The notes below the pieces were generated by a model, which had not been told where the DNA came from, searched no databases, and saw only the letters and a list, made by a program, of their open reading frames with translations. Both the position numbers and the translations under genes were made by a program. A DNA stretch of 42,086 nt from a virus: IMG/VR virus record IMGVR_UViG_3300010396_000028, positions 1 through 42,086 of that record. The stretch is one strand, 5' to 3'. Shown here one piece after another: positions 13,873-21,336 of this stretch (the stretch's first letter is position 1; each line of letters begins with the position of its first letter).

Positions 13873-14150
13873 TTGACGGCGGCGGCAGCGGCAGCGGCAA
13901 CGGCAACGGCAACGGCTACGGCAGCGGCCGCGGCGACGGCAGCGGCGACGGCTACGGCAGCGGCAGCGGCAGCGGCAGCGGCTACGGCGACGGCTATGGC
14001 AGCGGCCGCGGCTACGGCGACGGCAGCGGCAGCGGCTACGGCTACGGCAGCGGCCGCGGCTACGGCGACGGCTACGGCGACGGCTACGGCTACAGCTACG
14101 GCAGCGGCAGCGGCCGCGGCCGCGGCAGCGGCAGCGGCAGCGGCAGCGGC
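13723..14150 (+). repeat. Hexanucleotide (GGC-NNC)n coding repeat arrays (two blocks, 13723-13850 and 13878-14150)
   Basis: Read directly. The units GGCAAC, GGCAGC, GGCTAC, GGCGAC and GGCCGC are each 67-100% GC. Confidence 0.9.
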
Positions 14151-14171
14151 TGGGAAGAGGTAAAGTCATGA
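13869..14171 (+). CDS. (Gly-X)n dipeptide-repeat protein 2 (100 aa)
   Basis: Track ORF. It has the same MIDG head and GWEEVKS tail as the upstream 52-aa ORF. Gly occupies every even position from 4 to 94 except Ser76. Confidence 0.6.
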   Translation: MIDGGGSGSGNGNGNGYGSGRGDGSGDGYGSGSGSGSGYGDGYGSGRGYGDGSGSGYGYGSGRGYGDGYGDGYGYSYGSGSGRGRGSGSGSGSGWEEVKS

Positions 14172-14398
14172 GCAAACAACACAAGCTAGATCACCCGTGT
14201 AAGGACACGTGCTCGGGCTGGGCAGCCGGGGCTGAGTCGAGAGATAAGGTGATAAAGGAGCTGCGAAAAGAGGCTTATAAGATTTTGGAGGCAATAGACT
14301 CGAATGTCGAACTGTGTGCACATATCTTCGAAGCTGCCGATTCATTACGCGAAGCCCTCGCCAAGATCGACGCCTTTGTTGGACAGGAGAATAAATGA
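14168..14398 (+). CDS. Hypothetical protein (76 aa)
   Basis: ATGA overlaps with both neighbours. Confidence 0.55.
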   Translation: MSKQHKLDHPCKDTCSGWAAGAESRDKVIKELRKEAYKILEAIDSNVELCAHIFEAADSLREALAKIDAFVGQENK

Positions 14399-15174
14399 AG
14401 GTCTTTAGATATTCCACTCTAAGTGATGCCCATAAATGCCTCAGATTTTTTGAGCTTAAGCACATTAAGGGCATGGATGATGGCAGTGACAAGAGCGGAG
14501 ATATGGCGTTCGGAACAACCATACACGCAGCCATTCAAGACCTGTTTGAAATTGGCAACGGCACAGATGTTTTTAGCGACCTGTGGGGAGCACAGAAGAA
14601 TGTTGAACTAGAATATAGCCGGTATAAATGGGAAGACCTCCGCGCATTGGGAGAGACGCTTATTAGCATCTTTCGCGATGAACACCAGGATAAGTTTGTT
14701 CCGCAATATTTGGAGAAGAGACTAGAAACACGGTTAGCCCGCACATCGGCAGATGGAGACAACCTTTTACAGTTTAATTACCACGGCACTGTAGATTTTC
14801 TTGGAACATTTAACGGCATACCTAGCGTGGTTGATTGGAAGACAAGCGCAATGCCTTATGATCGGTTCAAAATACAGTGCAACGAGCAGATGTATGGCTA
14901 TGCTAATTTAGCAAAACATTGCCTTGGTTTCGACGCACAACAGGTTGTTTATGCTGTGGCGATTAAGGACATGAAAAACCCTAAATGGCAATTCCGAACC
15001 GCGCCACTGTCAGACAAAATTGTTCAGTCTAAAATCGATAATATTTTCGATACAGCAATGAGCTTGCAGCAAGGCCCATACTACAAAAACCCTAACCAAT
15101 GCGTGGTTGGGAAACGCGTATGTCCCTTCTTCAACACTTGTCATGGAGGTGACAGTGGTAAAGAAGGCGCTTGA
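14395..15174 (+). CDS. PD-(D/E)XK exonuclease, Cas4/RecB-like
   Basis: GTVDF...VVDWKTS nuclease core. N-terminal Cys plus the C-terminal cluster C-x7-C-x5-C (QCVVGKRVCPFFNTC), as in Cas4-type Fe-S nucleases. Confidence 0.75.
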   Translation: MKVFRYSTLSDAHKCLRFFELKHIKGMDDGSDKSGDMAFGTTIHAAIQDLFEIGNGTDVFSDLWGAQKNVELEYSRYKWEDLRALGETLISIFRDEHQDKFVPQYLEKRLETRLARTSADGDNLLQFNYHGTVDFLGTFNGIPSVVDWKTSAMPYDRFKIQCNEQMYGYANLAKHCLGFDAQQVVYAVAIKDMKNPKWQFRTAPLSDKIVQSKIDNIFDTAMSLQQGPYYKNPNQCVVGKRVCPFFNTCHGGDSGKEGA

Positions 15175-15538
15175 TGCTGTGGGATTTGCCATTGCGTCTC
15201 TTCGCCGGGCGTCTTACCGATGGCCGGCACGCAGTCAGGTACAAGCTGAGGCCCGTGTGTCTCGGGGTGTATACAAGTGCGCCAGCTGTTTGGGGCAATT
15301 CAGAAGGAAAGAGGTGCAGGTGGATCACATCTCTCCTGTTGTGCCTGTGTCGGGTTGGGATAGTTTCGATGGTTTCATAAATAGATTGTTGTGCGGGCCA
15401 GAACAACTACAGGTGCTGTGTAAACCCTGTCATAAAATTAAGAGTGTGGAGGAGAACCGTGTCAGAAGAGAAAACAAACAGCTTAGTGAAGCAGCTCAAG
15501 GAAATGGTGTTCGAAGTAAAACAAAGAGAAGCGGCTAG
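15143..15538 (+). CDS. HNH endonuclease
   Basis: YKCASC...QVDHISPV...LQVLCKPCHKIK (CxxC, His-Asn-His, CxxC). The start is ATG 15143 or GTG 15155, which follows GGAGG. Confidence 0.8.
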   Translation: MEVTVVKKALDAVGFAIASLRRASYRWPARSQVQAEARVSRGVYKCASCLGQFRRKEVQVDHISPVVPVSGWDSFDGFINRLLCGPEQLQVLCKPCHKIKSVEENRVRRENKQLSEAAQGNGVRSKTKRSG

Positions 15539-15725
15539 AAAGATTGAGCGCGCCAGTAGCACCCTGTTGGGCGATTTCCATTTTGTTTATGGTCAGGAAG
15601 CTATCAAGTTAGCGACGGTGCCTATGGCGGACCTTAAGAAATTTATCGATGAAGTGGAAACGATACGCGCCGAACTAGATTTTGCCTATGACGAAGCACT
15701 TGAAAAACTAGGAGAAGAAAAATGA
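15459..15725 (+). CDS. Hypothetical protein (about 88 aa)
   Basis: GTG 15459 follows GGAGGAG; the track start is 15444. ATGA overlap with the annealase gene. Confidence 0.5.
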   Translation: MSEEKTNSLVKQLKEMVFEVKQREAARKIERASSTLLGDFHFVYGQEAIKLATVPMADLKKFIDEVETIRAELDFAYDEALEKLGEEK

Positions 15726-16471
15726 AGTTGTTAAGTGATGTTGAAAAAGAACTGTCTGCTAAAATCCCCCGCTCGGTAGTGTCTGAGCGGCAAGGGCCTG
15801 GCGGTAGGTCATTGTCCTATCTGCAAACCCACATGGTCATTGATAAAATGAATCGTGTGTTTGGACCCCTTAACTGGTCATCGTCTACCGAGGAAGTGCG
15901 GCTGGTGCACTCGGGTGAGCTGGAAAACAATGGCCGCAAAAAGTACACCGCCCATTACCTGGCTCGTGTACAGATTCAGGTACAAGCTCAAGGCGACGAC
16001 GGCAAAGTGTATCAAACCACCCATATGGGCACAGGCTACGGCGATGGTGATGACAGCACTAACCTCGGAAAGGCGCACGAGCTGGCAGCCAAAGAGGCGG
16101 AGTCAGATGCGTTCAAACGCGCAGCTAAGAATCTTGGCATGAGCATGGGCTTGGCTCTTTATGACCGTGACCAGGTTAACATTGAGGATGAACCTGCGGG
16201 GGAGCCGCAACGGGCTGCCCCTACAGCTGCCCTGTCACCTGTTGTTTCTAACGAAATCGCCCCCAAAGAAGGCACTGTTTCCTCGATTAACCGCGAGCAG
16301 CTCAATAAGAACCTGGCCAACGTGGCTCGTGTGCTAAATGAAACCGGCAAACAACCCTTCACCGCAACAAAAGAACTCATGAACAGCAAGTACGGCACTG
16401 CCATTAAAGAGCAGCTTAGTGACGCCCAGGCTTCCGAGCTGTATGAAACATTGAAAGGGCTCGCGGGGTAG
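15722..16471 (+). CDS. Rad52/Rad22-type single-strand annealing protein
   Basis: LSYLQTHMVIDKMNRVFGPLNWS and ESDAFKRAAKNLGMSMGLALYD resemble Rad52-family (Sak-like) annealases. Disordered C-terminal tail. Confidence 0.7.
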   Translation: MKLLSDVEKELSAKIPRSVVSERQGPGGRSLSYLQTHMVIDKMNRVFGPLNWSSSTEEVRLVHSGELENNGRKKYTAHYLARVQIQVQAQGDDGKVYQTTHMGTGYGDGDDSTNLGKAHELAAKEAESDAFKRAAKNLGMSMGLALYDRDQVNIEDEPAGEPQRAAPTAALSPVVSNEIAPKEGTVSSINREQLNKNLANVARVLNETGKQPFTATKELMNSKYGTAIKEQLSDAQASELYETLKGLAG

Positions 16472-16625
16472 CTACCCGCCATCGGGCCGGCAGATGTAAT
16501 TGCCGGTGTGCCGGTCAACTAGGGCACTGATCTAGTTATGGAAACGGTGCAAGTTCGCCACTTGCAACACACTCCTCAGTTTTGCCGTACCTGTGAAACG
16601 GCAGCTTTTCGAGGGGGAGGTTACT

Positions 16626-18416
16626 GTGCTGTTTCATCGCATAACAGAGCTAAAAGCTGCACAGGAGCTTATCGCGCGGCTTAACCGCAACGGCTCCCCC
16701 GTTGCACTTGACATTGAAACCACCGGCCTTGACCGATTTAAAGACACGATAATTTCTGCACAGCTCTGCTTTGCTGGTGAGGCAGAGGCTTATTACCTAG
16801 AAAAAGAGTGTCTGTCATCGCTTTCGGCTCTGAGAGCGCCGCTTGTCCTTCACAATTTCAAATTCGATTTCGGCATGCTTCAACAGACGCTTGGCATTGA
16901 CCTGCGACAGTGCCAGGTGCACGACATAATGCTCATGCACCACTTGCTGGATGAGAACGCAGGCCACTCTTTGGACGAGCTTATACAGGCCAGGTGGCAA
17001 GACGACTACAAAGAGCAGTTTTGGTGCTCTTACAAAACGTTTGAAACATCTCCCCCAGAAGCCCAGCTAAATTATGCGTGTCGTGACGCGGTCTACACAG
17101 GAAAGCTTTACAATGCTCTTTTGTCAGAACTGGCCGCAGCCGGCATTCCGGGCAGTCTTGTCGATCATGTTCACGCGCTAGCATTGGCCCTGTGCGACAG
17201 CGAGCTGCACGGCGTGCGGGTGGACCTGGATTATCTCCGCACAGCGGGCCAAGAGCTTACAGATAGAATAACCAGCTATCAAACGACCCTCCGCCTCTTA
17301 GCTCCGCTCGCGGTGGAGCAGGTCGAAATGAACCGTTGGCTGGCAGAAATTGCTAAGCGCAAATCCCCCAAAGGCAAAGCGGCAGTAAAAAAGCCCACAT
17401 TCAACTGGTCCAGCGGAGACGACCTTAAAGCACTTATATACGGCGAGTTAGGTGTCACCCCCATTACCAAATATTCGAAAGCCAAAAAGGCACAAATGCC
17501 CACTTTGGACGATGCTGCGCTAGAGGAGCTACAGGATGCACACCCGGTCATCGCACAATTACGAGCTTACCGCACCGACTCTAAAATCTTTGGTAGCTTC
17601 ATTGAGGGCACACTTGAGCGGCATAGAGGCGGGCGAATTTACCCCAATTTTCATGTCAACGGCACCGTCACTGGACGAATCAGTTCCTCAGACCCTAACC
17701 TCCAACAGCTACCTAGAGACGGAGGAATACGCGGTATATACGTGCCGGATGATGGGCACATGCTCATTAGCTGTGATTACTCCCAACTTGAGGTTGTCGT
17801 TGCGGCTCACTATAGCCAAGACCCAGCACTCCTCCGCATCATCAACGAAGGGGCCTCTAAGCACGATATTACCGCTCAAGGTCTCGGAATTGATCGGCAG
17901 CTAGCAAAGCGCATTAACTTCGCTCTGGGGTATGGCGCCGGCAAATTCAAAATTAAGAGCATTCTTGGCTGTTCAGAAAAAGAAGCAGAAGGTGCTCTCA
18001 GGCGCTACTGGGAAACATACGCCGGTGAGAAAAAGGTTATTGATGAGTGCCAACGCAAGGTAGACGCCGGCGAGCCCATTGTGTCCCTTTTTGGCCGCCA
18101 ACGGCATTTCCCCAAAGAATGGGGAACAGGCTCCCTAAAACAGCGCGCGTATAGACAGGCCTATAACAGCCTTGTACAGGGCACTGGTGCCGACATTACA
18201 CACGCGGCATTTTACAATGTCGCAAATGAAATTAAAGCCAAAGATTGGGGCCGGGCCCTATTCGAAGTGCACGACGAGGTGCTTATTGAGGCCCGCGCAG
18301 ATGAGGCCGAAAACGCCTCTAAGCTGCTTGTGCGTATCATGGAAGAGTCGGGCAAGGTGCTCAGTGTGCCTTTAAAAGCTGAGTGCGGGAAGCCCATGGA
18401 GCGGTGGTGTAAATAG
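16626..18416 (+). CDS. Family A DNA polymerase with 3'-5' exonuclease domain
   Basis: ExoI LDIETTGL, motif A CDYSQLEVVVAAH, motif B RQLAKRINFALGYGAG, motif C VHDEVLIE. GTG 16626 follows GGGGGAGG; the track start at 16593 is also possible. Confidence 0.92.
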   Translation: MLFHRITELKAAQELIARLNRNGSPVALDIETTGLDRFKDTIISAQLCFAGEAEAYYLEKECLSSLSALRAPLVLHNFKFDFGMLQQTLGIDLRQCQVHDIMLMHHLLDENAGHSLDELIQARWQDDYKEQFWCSYKTFETSPPEAQLNYACRDAVYTGKLYNALLSELAAAGIPGSLVDHVHALALALCDSELHGVRVDLDYLRTAGQELTDRITSYQTTLRLLAPLAVEQVEMNRWLAEIAKRKSPKGKAAVKKPTFNWSSGDDLKALIYGELGVTPITKYSKAKKAQMPTLDDAALEELQDAHPVIAQLRAYRTDSKIFGSFIEGTLERHRGGRIYPNFHVNGTVTGRISSSDPNLQQLPRDGGIRGIYVPDDGHMLISCDYSQLEVVVAAHYSQDPALLRIINEGASKHDITAQGLGIDRQLAKRINFALGYGAGKFKIKSILGCSEKEAEGALRRYWETYAGEKKVIDECQRKVDAGEPIVSLFGRQRHFPKEWGTGSLKQRAYRQAYNSLVQGTGADITHAAFYNVANEIKAKDWGRALFEVHDEVLIEARADEAENASKLLVRIMEESGKVLSVPLKAECGKPMERWCK

Positions 18417-18436
18417 AAAAAATTTCTGTTAAATGT

Positions 18437-18465
18437 TTGACATCGTCAAGCACATGTATTACAGT
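18437..18465 (+). promoter_or_regulatory. Sigma70-type promoter (TTGACA-N17-TACAGT) overlapping the TTGAC-ATC-GTCAA palindrome
   Basis: Hexamers and palindrome read directly. Lies just after the polymerase stop. Confidence 0.55.
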
Positions 18466-18486
18466 AAGAAGATGGGGATAGGGGTA

Positions 18487-18879
18487 ATGACAGCATTTCT
18501 TATAGCAGGCCATACCACGGGCATAGACCCAGCGCTACTTAGCAGCCTTTGCTATGAGGAAAGCAAATACAATACCCACGCGTTTGCGGAGCACGACGGA
18601 CATACACCTAGCTTTGGTCTGTGCCAAATCAAGCTGAAAACGGCACGAGAGCTGGGATACAGAGGGCGGGCGGTTGGTCTCATGGATGCAGAGACCAACG
18701 CCCTTTACGCCGCAAAATATTTAGCTAAACAAAAAAAGAGATGGGGAACTTGGGCGAGGGCTATAAGTGCTTACAATGCCGGGCACCCAGCGCGGTGTAA
18801 TCAGCACTACGTACAAACCATTTTATGGAGGTGGGAACATGAGCTTCGTGAGCGGCGCTTGGTACAAATGTATCGATAA
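18487..18879 (+). CDS. Lytic transglycosylase (SLT domain)
   Basis: CYEESKYN (catalytic Glu-Ser), GLCQI and AYNAG signatures. Start at ATG 18487 or 18472, downstream of the promoter. Confidence 0.8.
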   Translation: MTAFLIAGHTTGIDPALLSSLCYEESKYNTHAFAEHDGHTPSFGLCQIKLKTARELGYRGRAVGLMDAETNALYAAKYLAKQKKRWGTWARAISAYNAGHPARCNQHYVQTILWRWEHELRERRLVQMYR

Positions 18880-19285
18880 TCAAAATCCACCTAGACCTCT
18901 CACCGTAGGTCGCTATTATTTGGCGGGGCCTAACACTCGTTCTTTGTCAATTGAGGTCTTAGACGACAATAACGCCGTTGCCTGGGCATCCGTCGGAAGG
19001 TTTGATGAGCATTCTCAATGTGCAGCCTCATATGCCGCGTTATGTAATAGCCAATTAAATACGCCGGCACCCTCTATGTCAAACACAGCAGCCATGTCTT
19101 CTTGGCAAGGCTGGAGCATTCCTCCCTCAAAACAGAGCAATGACGACGAAGGCAAGCCGCCTAAGTGCGAATGCGGCGAGCGCACTGTAAAAAAAGTATT
19201 TGCTACCTTTGAGTATTTCTTCTGTCCGAAGTGCAAAGAAGAGGTGAATAAGTTTGGCGCCAAGGTGGTGACCAATGGCCGATAA
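18839..19285 (+). CDS. Hypothetical protein with a C-terminal zinc ribbon
   Basis: ATG 18839 follows GGAGGTGGG. CECG...CPKC pair near the C-terminus. Confidence 0.5.
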   Translation: MSFVSGAWYKCIDNQNPPRPLTVGRYYLAGPNTRSLSIEVLDDNNAVAWASVGRFDEHSQCAASYAALCNSQLNTPAPSMSNTAAMSSWQGWSIPPSKQSNDDEGKPPKCECGERTVKKVFATFEYFFCPKCKEEVNKFGAKVVTNGR

Positions 19286-20150
19286 GCTCACGGATGAGCA
19301 AATTGATATAGAGCTAGCCACTGTAAACAGAGGAAGTGCCAGAAAGCTGGGCTCGGTTGAAGTGGATTTCAATGTGCGGGCGCAGCGCACGGGCTTCACG
19401 TCATTCAACCACCATATGCTTGTCCGCGCACAGCGGCCGGATCTTTGCGTGATAGCGGCTAGGCCGGGCAACGGGAAAACTTCATTCCTCGTGCAAATCC
19501 TTCGCAACCTCACGAAAGCCGGCGAAGGCACCACGCTAATGTTTTCTCTTGAAATGGCCACCACACAGCTCATGCACCGAGCGCTAGCAAGCGAGTTAAA
19601 GGTACCCATGGAAAAGCTCCAATACCTAGATCCGGCGAGACTTAAGACAGCCACGCACAGAATTGAAGCAGAAAATTTCTACGTGGATGATACGGCGGGC
19701 ATACACATCAACACGCTACATAGCTTTGCTCGTGAATGGCACAAGATCTCTCCGCTGGCGGCTGTAGGCATTGACTACATACAAATCGTTAATGCTGACG
19801 GGGGTGACATGCGCGCTCAGGTGGGCAATGTCGCTCGGGGCCTCAAAGCCATGGCCAAAGAATTAAATGTGCCTGTCATCGCTCTGGCGCAGATGAATCG
19901 AAACATTGAAACGCGGCAAGCCAACAGCAAGAGTGCTCGTCCCACAATGAGCGATTTGCAGGAATGTTCCCTTGTCGAAAACTGGGCGGATCAGATTGTT
20001 TTCTTGGACGGCGCATGGAGGCGCGATCCATTACGTCAGGGAGAAATTGACGTGTACGTGGCCAAAAACCGCCACGGCAGAACAGGGGAATTCGTTCTTA
20101 AGTTTGAGGGCGAAACAATGACGTTTAGCGACGTGGAGGAAGGGATATGA
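19275..20150 (+). CDS. DnaB-like replicative helicase (RecA-like C-terminal domain only)
   Basis: Walker A ARPGNGKTSF, Walker B GIDYIQ, ALAQMNR motif. At 291 aa it lacks a DnaB N-terminal domain. Confidence 0.85.
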   Translation: MADKLTDEQIDIELATVNRGSARKLGSVEVDFNVRAQRTGFTSFNHHMLVRAQRPDLCVIAARPGNGKTSFLVQILRNLTKAGEGTTLMFSLEMATTQLMHRALASELKVPMEKLQYLDPARLKTATHRIEAENFYVDDTAGIHINTLHSFAREWHKISPLAAVGIDYIQIVNADGGDMRAQVGNVARGLKAMAKELNVPVIALAQMNRNIETRQANSKSARPTMSDLQECSLVENWADQIVFLDGAWRRDPLRQGEIDVYVAKNRHGRTGEFVLKFEGETMTFSDVEEGI

Positions 20151-20395
20151 GCGTAGTGGTGCATATACAACACATCAAGGATGAAAAACTTAAACGAGAG
20201 AGTTTTAGAAAGCAGCTCATCGTTGAGTACAAAAACAATTTGATCAAATTGACTCCCGAGCAGCTGGAGCAGGAACGCCAGAAGGTTGACAACAATCTGT
20301 ATGCGAACGCCACTCAACGTCTAGTTTTTGAAACCCAGCGTGAGCTTTTGCAGGAGGTAATCGATGACAACCCTTTCGCCAGCTACCAACGTTAA
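20147..20395 (+). CDS. Hypothetical protein (82 aa)
   Basis: ATGA overlap with the helicase stop. Confidence 0.5.
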   Translation: MSVVVHIQHIKDEKLKRESFRKQLIVEYKNNLIKLTPEQLEQERQKVDNNLYANATQRLVFETQRELLQEVIDDNPFASYQR

Positions 20396-20684
20396 TTACG
20401 AAGTGACAGAGGCCGACTTTGAGCAAGCCTGTAAACACGCCCCTTACTGGCAGCTACGGCGCTGCATGAAGAAGATGCAAAAGGTCATCTGGCGCAACGG
20501 AAACAGCCGCCCGCCGAAGGACGCGGAAGAATACGTAAAACGATTTGTTCTTTACTGGAGGGATTATGAAAAACAAGAAGCTGCGGCCCTGCCTGAGATG
20601 CTCGGTGCCGTTCCTGACAACGCCGGAAACGCGGGTGTGCTCCCCGTGCAAGGGTCTGAAACACTATCAGGAACTAACGAATAA
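20364..20684 (+). CDS. Hypothetical protein (106 aa)
   Basis: ORF overlapping both neighbours. Its 3' part overlaps ORF 20566..20739 out of frame. Confidence 0.4.
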   Translation: MTTLSPATNVNYEVTEADFEQACKHAPYWQLRRCMKKMQKVIWRNGNSRPPKDAEEYVKRFVLYWRDYEKQEAAALPEMLGAVPDNAGNAGVLPVQGSETLSGTNE

Positions 20685-20739
20685 TTTTCGTGTAAATGCG
20701 ACCATCAATTATCCCAAGACTACGAGGAGATTCGAATGA
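20566..20739 (+). CDS. Small zinc-ribbon protein (57 aa)
   Basis: ATG 20566 follows GGAGGG. CLRC...CSPC pair. ATGA overlap with the next gene. Confidence 0.45.
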   Translation: MKNKKLRPCLRCSVPFLTTPETRVCSPCKGLKHYQELTNNFRVNATINYPKTTRRFE

Positions 20740-21335
20740 GCGGCACTAAACATGACAACGGCAAGCCCATGATGGGCCTTATATCTGGAGCATTTCTTAC
20801 TGGATTGGCCACGGTGCTTACGTTTGGTGCCAAGAAGTATGCGGCTCACAACTGGCGAAAAGGGCTCGCCTACTCTCGTGTGTACGATGCCCTACAGCGC
20901 CATCTGGTGGCTTATTGGGCAGGTGAGGATATGGACCCCGAAACCGGCTTGTCTCACCTCGACCATGCCGCGTGCGAGCTAATGTTTCTTCGCGAGTTTT
21001 CAGAAACACGCAAAGACTTAGACGACAGATATAAAAAGGAAGCCCCAGCGCTGCCCGCATCGCGCCCAGACATGGCGGCGGTAACTGAGGATTTGAAAGA
21101 AGCGGCAAAGGTAGAGCCTAAGGTTTTACAGGTAAAAGCTGGTGCATATTACCGACGAAGAGACGGCAAGACTGTTGGTCCGATAAAAGACAGAGAATGG
21201 CCGTTGTCAGGTTTGCCGAGTTTGCCAATGTTATCGCATCCATTTAAATGCCCCGATGGCTTATGGTACCGCGCAAATGGAGCGCACACCCTTCTCCTGG
21301 ACCAACCAGAAGATTTAGTGGAAGAGGTGGTGTGA
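20736..21335 (+). CDS. DUF5664 / MazZ-like dATP-dGTP pyrophosphohydrolase domain protein with a C-terminal extension
   Basis: DNGKPMMGLI...VLTFGAKKYAAHNWRKGL...LQRHLVAYWAGEDMDPETGLSHLDHAACELMFL matches the recalled DUF5664 N-terminal domain signature. Confidence 0.65.
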   Translation: MSGTKHDNGKPMMGLISGAFLTGLATVLTFGAKKYAAHNWRKGLAYSRVYDALQRHLVAYWAGEDMDPETGLSHLDHAACELMFLREFSETRKDLDDRYKKEAPALPASRPDMAAVTEDLKEAAKVEPKVLQVKAGAYYRRRDGKTVGPIKDREWPLSGLPSLPMLSHPFKCPDGLWYRANGAHTLLLDQPEDLVEEVV

Positions 21336-21336
21336 T

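Noticed and set aside
13723-14150. Possible CRISPR array or other non-coding tandem repeat (also considered for 4811..4982).
   Set aside because: The units are 6 or 18 nt with no spacers, are in frame with flanking coding sequence, and no cas genes or leader are present.
13712-14184. Track ORFs encoding (CR)n repeats on the minus strand and an Ala/Thr polymer on the plus strand.
   Set aside because: They are frame artefacts of the (GGC-NNC)n array. Only the Gly-X frame is linked to its neighbours by ATGA overlaps and has shared non-repeat termini.
16472-16625. Hairpins CCGGCA-N8-TGCCGG and TGCAAGT-TCGCC-ACTTGCA between the annealase and polymerase genes, considered as terminators or an origin.
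   Set aside because: The stems are short, there is no clear U-tract and there are no repeats. The evidence is insufficient to call a feature.
19127-19654. 175-aa minus-strand ORF. Similar antisense or alternate-frame ORFs occur inside int (11485..11952), the primase gene (21248..21748, 21606..22025), the capsid gene (37027..38037) and the portal gene (39914..41938).
   Set aside because: Each lies within a gene that has strong motif or operon support on the other frame or strand, and none has start-site support.
20736-21335. 2-aminoadenine (Z-base) DNA biosynthesis cluster.
   Set aside because: Only the MazZ-like domain is present. No PurZ or DatZ candidates are among the ORFs of this complete genome.
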